Source: Vicugna vicugna
Taxonomy: Eukaryota
Length of the DNA: 64,000 bases
Reading direction: 5' to 3'
NCBI GenBank assembly: GCA_013265495.1
Contig: MU058384.1
Location: forward strand, 4,139,239-4,203,238
In this document: positions 48,380 through 61,268 of the stretch, piece after piece
Layout of the letters: the number at the start of each line of letters is the position of its first letter
How positions within the stretch are numbered: the stretch's first letter is position 1
The notes under the pieces: generated by a model
Told to the model about the DNA's origin: nothing
What the model saw: only the letters and a program-made list of their open reading frames with translations
Databases searched by the model: none
Position numbers and translations under genes: made by a program

Positions 48380-49315
48380 TTACTCTTAAAATTAATTTTG
48401 AAAAATTATGCTCTCCTCATACTTTAAAAAATTGATTATCTAAAATCATAAATTTCTATGGTAATAAAAGATGAAGTGCTCTGCATATTTGTGAATATTG
48501 GTATTTTAATATAAAATCATCATATTGCTTTTTTATGTATTAAATATATCTAAGGGAATCTAAATACCAGAGGCATTTAATGCCCACTCATCACCTTTTC
48601 AAGAAAACACAGAAATAATTTATTCTTTAGGTCAAAAATTTTAAATTGATTCTTTTCCATCTAGAACTAGAACTTGTATTTCCATTCTACTTCTCTATTA
48701 CATTTTATTTTAATGTAACGTATTTTCATATGTGAAATTCTTTGATTGTTACCCTATTATATTTCTCTGCAGCAAAAATAAGTATATAAATTGAAATTTT
48801 AATTTAACATATTTTCTTAACATCAGGATCTAAGTAGTAAATACTTTTCCAGCTTGAGTTTAAGATGCAACTGTTATTAGTAACTAATTGATCAAAATAC
48901 ATGTGTATTGCAAATTTGGGAAAAAATTATGCTTAAGAATAAAAATTTACTGGCAATGCATCTATTTATGAGATGGCTGGGAGCATTACAGTACCTCAGT
49001 TATTGGAGACTTTAGTATTTTAGTTGCTCCGGTATTTTTTCACACTGGGGCAACAGACAGTGTTGGTGCACGTGGAGCAAGATGCAATATGAAAAATAGG
49101 TAAGAGATTCGTCTTTCTTTGAAACAGTGGGAACAGGGTGACTGTGAAAGAGAAGTAGACAGAAGAACTGGCTTGACTGTCCTGCAAGCACATTCCAGGC
49201 AGGTCAGTTTAGGAGCTGCAAATGAATTCTGTTAGCACTGTTCATTCCCGTGTACCCCTTAGAAAGTCTTCGCGTATTCTCACGGGTACATGTGCCTAGT
49301 TTGAAACTGCTGACA
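48380..49315. mobile_element. Possible hAT-Charlie DNA transposon remnant
   Basis: The end tgtacccc...gggtacatgtgcctagtttgaaactgctg resembles Charlie-type termini. The left boundary is a guess. Confidence 0.35.
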
Positions 49316-49994
49316 TACGTGATTGCCACTGAGAGTGAGGAGCCTATCTCATTCATCTTTGTGCACGTGTATGTAGCACAGTGTCACTTAAATGAGTAAA
49401 TATTTGTTGAATGGATACTGAGTAATTAACTTCCCAAACTCAGAAATTCAGTAGCTGCAAAAGTTTACGTAACTGTTTAAAGAAAAAGAGTCCCATTAAA
49501 TTTTTCATCGGTATCTGAAACAAGCCAGACTGGAGATCTGTTGTGAAATCCTTAAACTTAGGTAAAAGCCAAGAGGTTTTAAGGTTATTATAGCAATGGG
49601 CTCTCGTGCTGTTCACTCACAAATGACCGGGATCAGGTAAATGACTACAGACATAACATAGTACAGATCAGACAGCAGTTGTCAATTTCAAGAGGCACAA
49701 ATAAGAAGTCATTATAAAGAATTTTTCACAACGCTTCTCATTCTTCATGGTGTACACTTGATGTAGGGTAGTAAGAATGCAATAATCAGCACAAGTACCT
49801 ACTAAGTGCAAAGTGGGGGATACACGTACCTTGACATGGTGGTCTTTCTGTCTTTCTGATCTTTTGTCAGATTTCCACTCTGGGTCCTGGTGTGTACTAC
49901 TCACTACTGCTAATATTCTTGATTTCTCAATATTGCTCAGGTCCTGTCTTTCTTGCTACATGGGTCCAGTCCGTACATCCATCCATCTATCCGT

Positions 49995-50810
49995 CTACTT
50001 ATTCATCCAGCAAACCTCCCACAACCCAACGAATATTCATTGAGCACCAGGACTGTGCCGGATGCTGAGGGTACAGCAGTGAACGAGGTCAGTGCCCAGA
50101 GACTTGCAGGCTATGGGGGTTACGGACATCTAATCAGGAAATGGCAGTTTAGAGAGAGAAACATTGGGAGAGGGGAAGTAAGAGGAGCTGTGAAATCATA
50201 CAGGAGGGGCATGGAAGATGGATTTTTAAAGCAAAAGAAGGCATTCAGGAGGAACATCTGTCCAAGTTGAGGTCAAAAGGATGAGTGCGTTAGAGAGGAG
50301 TCAGAGAGTCCATGCAACACAGAGGGAAAGCATTTCATTAAAATAAGTAGAAGGAAGAGCATGTGTGTGAAGATCTGTAACAAGAGGGACCCTTTATATC
50401 TTCCTTCTCTGTTTTAAGTTTTTAATCATTAGTAACGATCACTTTCTAATATACTATATATTTTACTTAGTTATTTTGCGATTGCCTAGTAGAGAGCAGG
50501 AATTTTTATTTGCTTTGTTCATCTCCTGTATTAACAGCACGTGGCATGTATCTTGTGTTTGGGATTCTGAAAGTTCAGACTGAATGGTGCGCCTGGGAGA
50601 ATAATGGTGGGAAGTGGAGATGGAAAGTGTAGCGGGGGTCAGATCATAATGGGGCTTATAAACCATGTGAAGACATTCAGACTTAATCCTGAGGGCAATG
50701 GGATTTTAAGTAGGCATCTAAGTGTCAGAGTTGAGTTTCAGGAAACTCATTCTGGCTGCACAGTGGAGGAAGGGCTGAAGGCAGGCAAGGCTGAGTGTAG
50801 ACCAGGGAAT
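49995..50810. mobile_element. L2 fragments
   Basis: attcattgagcacc...tgtgccggatgctgagggtacagcagtgaac; cagatcat...gacttaatcctgagggcaatggg...tctggctgca. Confidence 0.65.
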
Positions 50811-53759
50811 GAAGATGTGGGTGCCCTGTACTCCGGGAGGAGCTGGGGTGAGCAGGCTAGAACGTACAGGTGTTTCATAGGGCATAGCCAGAGATCACTT
50901 TGTCCTTTTTAAGAGGGAGGTGGCTCTGCTCCTACAGGCTCATGTGGCTTTCACAGCAGCTCAGAGACCAGTATCAGCAAAAGGTAAAAAGAAGTAAGAA
51001 GAAAATCATCAGAAATGCTCATGGAGATCTGAACATAGGATGAGATGATGCCACTTTAATATTTGTTGAAATCCCAGCACGGTTTTGGAATCCCACATTA
51101 GGTACCACATCTGTCTACTTTCAGAAGCATCAGCTCAGCAATTTCACATCATCCCAATGACAGTGTGTTCTAGTGTCACAAACTCTTCATTTGTGTGGTT
51201 TTAAGGATAATCTTCATCTTAAAGTTGAAAGGATAAATATCCACCTTTGTGGCAACAAAATCTATTAGAATTTATTTTGAACAAAATAAAATCCTTAAAA
51301 CTCCTATTGCAAAACCTTTATTTCTCCTTTCATGTGAATAATCAAGTATTATCCACCCTACGAACAAAAAACAATCCCTTTGTTCTGGAATAACAACACC
51401 TCTGGCATTTAATAAACCACCAACACAGGTTTTCAAATTAAATCAAGAGCCTATTCGTCAAAGAGAACCTGGCAGAGCAGATTTGCTCTCATACAAAGCA
51501 GCTTTAAACTGTTGTTGTTTTTTCCCCCAATTTATTGGACACTTTCTTTGATTAAAATACTTAGAATGATGTTGATAAACCGAGTCTGGTGTACAACAAG
51601 ACCGAGAGTTAATTATACCTTTTAAACCAGTGGAGGCAGGAAGAAAAACAACAACAGGAACATAGTCTGTGTTTTCATTTTTAATTGCCCACGAAACTGG
51701 GAAGCAAGACTCCAGGAGATAATGAAGTCACTGAGTTCTTCCCTAACAAGCCCTGTGGTCTCCTTGGTAACGCTGCAAGAGCCCCAGCCCAGGAGGTCTC
51801 AGAGGAACAGATGCTCCTAAACAAGACCTTAGCCCCATGTCTCCTGCCTGTTGGAAGATGTCTTTCTCTTGTTCACTCTGCATCTGCCTAAGACACTGCT
51901 GAGAGCAAGGAGCCTGGACATCACTTGCTGTCCGTGGGGCAGGCCTGTGTTTAGATCGGGGCCATGGACATGCTGCGTGCCAGCTACCTCACTGTGAACA
52001 GCAGGAACTTAATGAAACAGAAAATCAAATTAGAACCTCCTTTTTACAACGTTAACTCTACTCTACCAAAAACACCTTTCATGCTGCAGAAATTATGAGG
52101 TTACATGTAATGTTTGCAGTTGCTTGTCTGAGTAGAGGTCATAGGACCATGTGGAAGGAACATTTGTCCTGGCTCTGTCAACTTTGTATTTATGGTACAG
52201 AGTCGTTAAGAATAAAAAGTGGTTAAAAATGCTGGCCTCTTCTAAGTGCTTGTGATAAATGACTAAGAAATAAATAATTATGAACTTCTGCAAGACAAGT
52301 AGAGAATGTAATAAATGTACTGTTTTACGGGACAATGAATTATGAATTATTTTATTCATTGGGTTGCTCTGTCACTAGTTAATATGTAGCTGGACTCTAT
52401 CAAAAGGAATTAAATTTTAAAATGAACTGAGATTGATTTCTTTTGCAATTGTGATAACTAATATCATATCTTATTTAATGCTTACTTTGTGAAACTGCTG
52501 AGCCCACGTGTTGGGGGTTGGAGGGTGGAGGGACAGAGAATAAATTCTCAGTTGTATCTCTCACACGCTCTTGGTCCACCAGAGACACTTGGACTTCTTC
52601 CAGTCTGAGGAGAGAGGTGCCAGGTGGAAATGCCTTCATCAGCTTCATGTTGAACTTGGGTTGGCAGTTCAGCTAGTGAGCCCGGCCCAGACAGTGGACA
52701 ATGGGAGAGAGCCCTCTGACCCGGCCTTCACTCCAGCTGCCCTGGCTCTGTCTTTATCTCAGGGCAGAAGCACAGGCTGGTCATTATGCAATGATCTTCT
52801 TATTTATTAGACTGAAAGAGCAGAGCTAACAAAAGGAGGGAGAGGAAGCCCTCTTCCATTTTATCTCATTTATAGTAAGTCTGGATTGTACAAAGTCACG
52901 AACAGGGTGTTCTCAAAGCCACATAATTCCTGGCACATACGCTTGACGGTATTCTCGTTGACCAAATGTGTGTGTGTGTGTGTGTATAGTCACAATATAT
53001 TGTGTCTATATATATAGTGTGTGTATAGTTTTCTGAAAGCTCATTTATGTTTCAAAGAACAGGTCCTTGGTAGGCTAAAAGGCTATATTTCCAAAGATTT
53101 TTAAATATCATGTGTTGTTAATGGTATTGCTGAGTTGATATATTATGTAACAAATTTTTGTTCCCTTTCAGATTGAAAAGCTAAAGAGTTCTGCCAGTTC
53201 CTCATTGACAGCTTAATCCAGAGTGAAGCTTTTCTGACCCAGATCACATTCTGCCCAGCCAATCTACCGTTTCTGCAAAGGAGAGACTACACTTCATCAT
53301 AACAAGCCCAGGTCACGGAGCTGAGAGCAGGGGGCACTCGTGGCAGGACTAAGCTCAGCTCAAGGCCATAGCGGCAGTCCATTTTCAGTTAGTCTGGAGT
53401 TGTGGGTTTTAATCCCCTAAGGACACCAGCTCGTGCTGCCTCTGGCGCCCCACCCTCTGCCCTGCTACTCGGAATGTTACTCACACGGCGAGGCCCAGTT
53501 TACATCACCTTTCCTCCAGGAGGTTTTTTTGTTGTTTTGCCTTTTTTTTTTTTCCCAAGAAACCATCTGCAGAATCTATTTCTCTTTCACCTCTGTCTTC
53601 CTATCACGTTTTGTTAGTAGCTATCTACCGTAGAGTACTTGGCAAGGCTCTCTCACTTTAAACTACTTGCCTATAACCATCCCATCTCCCTCGCTGCAAC
53701 AGGAGGACCTGGAGGAGAGCCCTCAGTTTCCTGCACATCACAGGTGATCAATATGAATT

Positions 53760-54020
53760 TTAGAGGCAGTTTGTACAATGCTCAGGCACTTTGGCTCTGG
53801 AGACAAAAGACTTGTGTTAATTCCAGCTCTGCCATTAATTAGCTGTTTATTTTCGGGAAAAACACTTGAATTTCCTAGTAACAATTTTCCACTTTATGGA
53901 ACACAGGTATGAAGATAGTATCCACCTCACTGGGCTATTGTGGAGAGTAAATAACGTAACACATAGAAGCACTTAGCTCGGTGTTTGAATCACAGTCAGT
54001 ATGGAATGAAGGTTAGTTAC
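53760..54020 (+). mobile_element. MIR SINE
   Basis: agaggcagt...ggctctggag...ccagctctgcca...acctcactgggctattgtggagagtaaataa. Confidence 0.8.
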
Positions 54021-56092
54021 AGAATTTGTGGAACTGAATTTTAAAGGGAATTCTCTTTATCTTTTAGGAGTTCCTTCATATAGTTAATAAACGATCGTAG
54101 ATCGACAAATGTAAAAGCCATCATCTATTTTTTTGGACAGAATTAAAATCTCATACAATTTTCAGGTCCTCTTAACACTTTTCACTTTTAATATGTAAGG
54201 TCCCAATTTGGCTGATAAAAGTTTCATCTTATCCTAGCCAGGTCTAGGATATTGGAAGTATCTTTATGATACTAAGTGACACTGGTTTGCTGTCAACACT
54301 GTCCCTAAAACTTAAAGACATGGATTGCGAGCTTCCAAGAGACCCTAAGGCCATTTGAGCAGGGGACTGATGGAGACAGTATCTTGAATGTGGTTTCTGA
54401 GTCCTACGTCCCAACTTCTCTTTAGTCATTACCAAAAGGATCCTTCTCTTCCTTATCAAGGATCAGGCCAGATGGTTCAGAAGGATAAATTTACTGCTAG
54501 AAAAAAAATAATAGCTCATTTTGTTGCTGTAACATCTTTGGATACAAAGAACAGCAAGGGTATTTACTCTTCAGAGGCTTAAATATAAAGTGGCTTCTGT
54601 GTATGTACATATGTATATATGTATATCTTTGGCTAACGCCTGAAACCTTTTTCAAACTGGGATTAAGTTTTTTGGATTTTGCACATCTTGAGCATCTGAG
54701 TTTGAATGAATGTCTGAGGGCAGATTATATTTTATTTATTTTTGTATTCCAAGATCCTAGTATATCATTGATACATGCAATAAATAGTTGTTAGTTCAAG
54801 ATATACAAGACTGTATGTTGTGTTGAAAAGGCTACAGAATTTGGTTGTATTGGAATGTTTATTTTTTAACAAAGAGGTTAAACTAAATATTATTAAAAAT
54901 ATCTGCACTTCAGAAGTTTGAGTAAGGAATCCATTTTTTCGGAGAATATTTTTAGTATCCGAACAAGATCGACTAGAGTAGCTTTCTTTTGATAATCAGT
55001 TTTTGTTGACTAGCAGTGGGTAGTTAATTCTTCATTATTGGTGAAATTCTACATTTACTTTCTTTTACCATCTTTACCATCTGTCATATTTCTTTTTGAC
55101 TTCTTGTCTAAATGTGCACTCAGTGAGTGTTTTATATACACTACATGTCAAAGCACAGTTTTATGACCCTCATTTTTATGTACAAACCAGTAACAGCAGA
55201 TACTCTCTTGAACTCCACTGATGTGATTTATGTGATGATGAGAAACTAGAATTGGGTAAGCATTTACATTATATGAGAGCAGATCAAGCAGCAAGTCTTG
55301 TTGCTTGTTTCCTTTGTCTAATTAAAGACATTTGAATAAGTCAGAATTAAAATGATGACAGGAATAGAAAATCTACTTGAGAGCTCTCAGTTCATTCATT
55401 TTTTTTCCCCTGGTCAAATGTTTATGTTTTTCCCAAGCAATACATTTAGCTTCTGAGATGCTTTAGAAAGTTTAGTTTTAGTTTTTATTTTCTTTGTTTA
55501 GGTTTTAGCTCATCATCAAAAGGTTTTCTAAATTCTGTCATCCTGTCCCCTCTGTGTAGTTATTTCTACCCCAGCTCCAGGTGCTGGCTGACAGCCCAAG
55601 AGAGCCCAGGGCTGAAGTATGTACCAGGTGGATCCATAAACCTTGGAATGCCACTTCCAACCCAGACCAAAAGCTAATCAGTTGGGTGGAAAAGGGCTTT
55701 TTTTCATGTTCCAATTATGCTTTATTGGAAACAAATGCATCCTCAAGCTGCAGAATCTTGTATAATGCAACTATTTTATGGGAATCCTTCAGAAATTCTT
55801 CCAGCACTGAATTTTTTCAAAAGATCTACTAAAATTGAGATTAATGACTCCCTTGTGTGCAATGATTTTGTTAATGACAACCAAAGGTCTCCAAAAAACC
55901 AGGTTGAAAATTCTGGGAATAATTCATTTGTGATATAGGGTTATAATAACTGAAGCAACATCCTGGGTGAGAGTTCTCTAGGTCAGCCTACTCATGCTGC
56001 TGAACTACTTTATAACAACAAAGTATGCCTATTATGTTTGGTAACATACTTCTGACTCAGAGGCCAATAAAGTTCAGAAATGGCCCTAGAGA

Positions 56093-56232
56093 ATATCGCC
56101 AATATTTTATGATAACCATAAATGGAGTATAATCTATAAAAATTGTGAATCACTGTAATGTACACTTCAAACCAATACAATATTATAAATCAACTATTCT
56201 TCAATAAAAAATAAAAATATGATTAAAAAAAA
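56093..56232 (+). mobile_element. Severely 5'-truncated L1 with perfect 17-bp TSD
   Basis: agaaatggccctagaga at 56076-56092 and 56233-56249 flanks an L1 3' terminus with AATAAA and an A tail. Confidence 0.93.
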
Positions 56233-56622
56233 AGAAATGGCCCTAGAGACGTACATCTGAATTAGGACTGCACCTGGGAAGTACCATTTATAGACGTTCT
56301 ACAAGAACTAGCTTTCACTGGCCATTATATACTAGATGGTTCCCATGGAGACAGATGGTCTCATGAGAGGTAGGCTCAGGGAACCTGTTTGACTTAGGAC
56401 AATTTCAAACCTTCTTTGGAGCAAACTGAAGTCCTTGGATATCCTTGTAAACCAAATTTATCTCCCTTGGGGGATATTCTGCACTTATTTCAAACCTTTG
56501 CTCTTTGGCTGTGGTCACCACTGAGGCTGACCCTGGGGATGAAGGCTATCTCCAAGGGTGAGGTTCAGGCTCCAGCTGGGCCTAAAGCAGTAAAGCATAC
56601 TGTACCATGGTGGCTCCCTTAC

Positions 56623-56754
56623 CTGATACAGGTTAGCGAGGTGGTGGTTAGTTTTGATCAGAAATGGCTGGTTCACCCCTGGGTGGTCGACATCGTGGGC
56701 CGCTGCTGCCAGCAGTCCAAGCATGATGTCCAGAGGCGTGAGGAAGCTTGCGAG
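56623..56754 (-). CDS. PDE7B: PDE7B coding exon 8 (132 bp), [44 protein letters not shown]
   Basis: PDEase signature [12 protein letters not shown]; overlaps supplied ORF 56515-56724; AG/GTAAGG splice sites. Confidence 0.98.
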
Positions 56755-58175
56755 CTGTTAAAAAAATCAAATAAGGAGACTGATTGGTGTGTTTCCTCAA
56801 ATAGCTTAGTATTTGTTTTGGCTAAATCATACAGAATGAAACATCACAGTAGTGTTGAGGCCTGTTATCCAGAGGCCTTAACCCTCTGAGGCTGTCAGTG
56901 AGGTAACAGTCTGATGGAATTGCAGGAAGAAAGAAAGGACTGCGAGGAAAGTAATTAAGCAACTCAAATTGTGTGGCTCGTTCAGGTGGCCTCCTCTTCC
57001 TGCGGCTCCTCTGTTCTGTTCTGTGGTTGTAGTAGCATTACCTGTTGGCAACACTGCTTTTTGGTGGGCGGGGAGAAGGTAGGACCTAAAACCAGTCTTG
57101 CTCCTACAGAAAGCTGTAAGTGAAGGGAAAAGTTGAAGCCAAAGTGATGGACACATTAAAAAAAAACCCACTGTGTATTTCAACCATCCAACATATCATT
57201 GCCACTTCTCTGAATGTGAAATCAAAAGTGGGCTGAATTGCAAAATTTGCATATTTCTTCAATGTGTAATAAATAGTGGGGGAATGTGTGAGTCTGTCAT
57301 TTTTTTGGTTAGCTAGGAAAACACGCAGGAAAATGGGAATCTAGACCTAACTTCAAATATACAACTGTGTAATATATTACAATTTTCAGATTACTTAGTG
57401 ATTAAATAACAAAACCTTTAATGTCTTTGGGATATTTTATAAGGATGAGGCATACCCAGTTTTGTCTTGGGAACGCTTGCCTGGCATCTGTATATTTAGT
57501 GGTTGATGTTAAAACTGATTGAACTCAACAGAGTCTTGGACTGACATATCATTTTCCAAATACCAGAAGAAAACTCATCTTGTATGTTACACTAGCTAGG
57601 TTTCATATAGCTAAGGGAGGCCTAGATTTCGAGTAATGAGCCTTATTATCATGTTTTAAATTTTGGAATAATTTATTGCATGTGGGTATATTTTCTAAGA
57701 GGTGTTTTTGATGTTCACAAGACTTCTTGTGTCTGAATCAGGATGCCCAGTTGCGTCAGTAGGAAATGGAGCTTGAGTCTTGAGGAGTTTTAATTCTATT
57801 TGTTGATCAAAAATCATAAGGTGGGAGACTTCTCCCAGAAAAGTGTCAAAGGTCCAAGGCAATGACAGCTGGATTTCTGGGACTGTTGAAAACATCTGTG
57901 TTGTAGATTGTCATAAACAGAGAGGGTTGTTTTTGTCCTAATGCAGCTCTGAAAATATATCGGTTGTGAGAGAGACCCTTTGAAAACTCAGATCCTCTTT
58001 CATGACTATTACACAGTTTTCAGAGCTGATGCTGAAGCCTTAATAGAGACAATTTGTATTCATGTTGTAAATGACTCATAACCTAGCTACTCTGATATGC
58101 TGGCTGATTTGGGACCTGGCAGGTAGCTCATGTGGCATTTCCAGATGGCTGCGTAGGCAGCGGGTCTTGCTTTAC

Positions 58176-58276
58176 CTTTGGCTCCTTTAGGTAGCAGTGC
58201 ATGGCCTGGGTGACGTCGGCCGCGTGAACCGCATTGTGATACGGGTTTTGGCTGTGGTAATCTTCTTGAACCATGA
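58176..58276 (-). CDS. PDE7B: PDE7B coding exon 7 (101 bp), (V)[33 protein letters not shown]
   Basis: Contains the class I PDE YHNxxHAADV metal-binding motif; ttccAG acceptor, GTAAAG donor. Confidence 0.98.
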
Positions 58277-58670
58277 CTGGAAGGTAAACAGACAGTTCAG
58301 TCAGCTAAAAACAAAACAGGAAGGACATACTAGCTCAGACTTATTGAGGGCTCCCTTTTGCTTAAAAATAGCAGTGTCTCCAAAATGTGCAGCTTGGGGA
58401 TGCTTTAAAAATGAAGATGGTTTGCCAGCTTGGCAGTGCTAGTGGGTTGATTTTAGCGGAGAGGAGGGGGGAGGGCAGAGGGAAGAAAGGCTAAAAGGAT
58501 TTGTGAGGCCCTTGGGATTCTCACCACTTTCTTAAATCACTCCTTTCTGGCATTCATGAAGGCTCTCATTCAGTGGAAAAATAAATATGTAGGAAAAGGA
58601 CAACTTTATTTCCCACTGTAGTTTAATTATTTGCTGCCATTTATGAATGATGTGACATAAAAGAGGTTTC

Positions 58671-59008
58671 CTTTTTTTCAATTGAAGTATAGTCAATTTA
58701 TGATGTGTTAATTTCTGGTATACGGCATAGTGATTCAATTATACAGATTATACATATTTCTTTTTATATTCTTTGCCATTATAGGCTATTACAAAACATT
58801 GAATATAGTTCTCTATGCTATACAGTAGGACCTTGTTGTTAATCTATTTTATATACAGTAGTTAGGATCTGCAAATCTCAAGCTCCCAATTTATCCCTCC
58901 CCACTCCCTTTCCCCTCTGGTAACCATAAGTTTGTTTTCTACTGTGAGTCTGTCTCTGTTTTGTAACCAAGTTCATTTGGAACCTCCAAAGTTCATTTGG
59001 AAACCTCC
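58671..59008 (-). mobile_element. 5'-truncated L1 3' end with a complex 5' junction
   Basis: ttgaagtatagtcaattta...tatacagtaggaccttgttg...ctggtaaccataagtttg; TSD aaaagaggttt at 58659 and 59009. Confidence 0.9.
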
Positions 59009-59726
59009 AAAAGAGGTTTTCTTTTAAAGAGCCCTAGGGGCAGCAGACTACTCTCATCCAAAGATGTTTTATCATTTAAATAACAAACACTAACTAAAGA
59101 AAATCTGGGGATTCTTCAGGCAGAAATTCATTGAGCCAACTGAAGGATCCTTGAATTATTTCAACCTTATTCAGGTTAAATGATCATTTTTCATGCCCTT
59201 CCAATCTAAGGACCAGAGTGCCCTTAGAACCAGAGACAATAAGTAAGGCAATCTGGGTTTGCTAGAGGCCACTAGCCAGCTGCAGCTAATAACCAAGACA
59301 ATGCCCAGGATGCAATATACTCAGTGTGTATAAAATGTCCTGATTTTCAAGTGTGGCCATAGTCACTCAGCCCATGCTATGAATTTGGCTCTGGATTCCA
59401 GTGTTATTTCTGTCATCAGATCTTTCCCCTTTTCCACAAGTACACACATCCAAAGTATCTGCATTCTCCCTCTTTAGACAAATCAAAACTATTTGGCTCT
59501 ATTCATAGCCATTTTTTTGCTCAATTAATCCAAACACAATTAGGTGAAGGTTATTTGTGTTTCTGAAACGAGCCATGCTCTGATTGGTTTCAAATATTTC
59601 TGTTGTGCCGTGTGTACCTATTATCCAGCAGATTAATTTGACAATTACATGTAAATCCTGGCTCTGTTTTGTATCTGTATTGGGCAAATTACTTCACCAA
59701 AAGCTTCCTTCTCTATAAAATGGGAT

Positions 59727-60243
59727 TCAAAAAGATACATGCACCCCAGTGTTCATAGCAGCACTATATACAATAGCCAAGACATGGAAGCAACCTAAGT
59801 GTCCACTGACAGATAAATGGATAAAGTTGTGGTATATTTATACAATGGAATACTACCCAGTCATGAAAAAGAATAGAAAAGAATAAAATGTTGCTGCCAT
59901 TTGCAGCAACATGGATGGACCTAGGGATCGTCATTCTAAGTGAAGTAAGCCAGAAAGAGAAAGAAAAATACCATATGATATCACACATATGTGGAATCTA
60001 AAAAAAGAAAAAGAGGACACCAATGAATTCATCTACAAAACAGACTTGCAGACATAGTAAACAATCTTGTGGTTAGCGGGGGAAATGGGGTGGGAAGGGA
60101 TAAATTTGGGAGTTTGAGATTTGCAGATGCTAGCCACTATAAATAAAAATAAAATGAATATATGTATGTATATGCATGACAGGAACATTGTGCTGTACAC
60201 CAGAAATTGACACATTGTAACTGACTATACTTTAATAAAAAAA
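59727..60243 (+). mobile_element. L1 3' end (ORF2 C-terminal remnant plus 3' UTR) inserted into a MIR
   Basis: Encodes decayed KDTCTPVFIAALYTIAKTWKQPKCP..WIK; ends AATAAA plus A tail; MIR halves at ~59650-59726 and ~60244-60390. Confidence 0.93.
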
Positions 60244-60579
60244 TGAAGATAACAATAGCTGTGGTCTCAAAGGGATGCTGTAAGGGTTAAATGTGTTAAT
60301 ACGTGCAAGTTCTTAGAAGAGTTCTATGTAAACACCATGTAAGCCTGGTTGCTGCTGCTACTGCTGTTACACTGTCACTGTTATTTTACTCTTGATGTAT
60401 CCAGTCAGCTTCCAGATTCAAAGCACTGCCATGTGGCAAGTCAAAGAAGCCAGAAACATGCTAAGAGGCAGAGGAAAGTTATTTGGTGATTAAAAATGTG
60501 CCCTAGATAATTTACTGGAAGATAAATGAGAATATGCATTAAGTCAAATGAGAACTGGGGCTGCTTTTTGATGAAGACT

Positions 60580-60830
60580 GATGGTGGCACTGAGTGGAAA
60601 CATGGTGGGCTTTCAAATCAGACAGATCTGGGCTTAGACTGAGGCTCTGCCAATTACCAGTTGTTGACCTTGAGCAAGTTATAAAACCTCTTTGTACATC
60701 TCCTTAATTGTGGTCCAAATGGTAATAATAATGCTCAACTTTCAGGGTTGTTGAAACTGTTAGAAATAACATACCCAAAGCACTCTGCCTACAGCGGGTA
60801 CTACATACATGGTAGTTCTTATTATTAAAA
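60580..60830 (+). mobile_element. MIR SINE
   Basis: atcagacagatctggg...ggctctgcc...tgaccttgagcaagtt...cagggttgttg. Confidence 0.8.
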
Positions 60831-61172
60831 AAAAACCCTATTGACTATTTCAGCAATTCATACCCAGAGTGGCATTATTTGAGGAGTACTTTGCTGGGGT
60901 TTTGTTAATATGTGAGCAGATCAGTAACTTCTTAGACAGTTATCTGCTCTTAATGGTTGTCTTTACATAGCCTTTATCTATTTTAAACATAACTAATCAA
61001 CTAAACAATTCTTTTCAGTGATTTAAGTAAGTAAACTTTATTTTAAAATTAAAATGAGATAATTTAAGAATTTGAGGTCTTCCTCACCTTGCTATAGTTC
61101 TTGCCACTTTACATGAAAGAATATCATAGACTGCCATGGGGAAGAGGGTAGAAATACGAAAAAAAGACTTAC

Positions 61173-61268
61173 CTAAAAACCTGTGTAAGGTCACCATGTC
61201 TAACTTGAAATGGTGAATGAGTCCATGTGTGTTGAAGAGGTGGCACAGCAGTGTTACCAGACTGTTTC
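61173..61268 (-). CDS. PDE7B: PDE7B coding exon 6 (96 bp), (G)[31 protein letters not shown](V)
   Basis: Translation matches PDE7B; AG/GTAAGT splice sites; phase 1-1 fits both neighbours. Confidence 0.97.

Noticed and set aside
51925..51945. REST/RE1-like gctgtccgtggggcag
   Set aside because: Only one half-site matches; the TGCTGAA half is broken
32310..60243. Apparent loss of terminal AATAAA in gene-sense L1s and retention in antisense L1s
   Set aside because: Only four elements, and the sense copy at 32310 has internal AATAAA hexamers anyway
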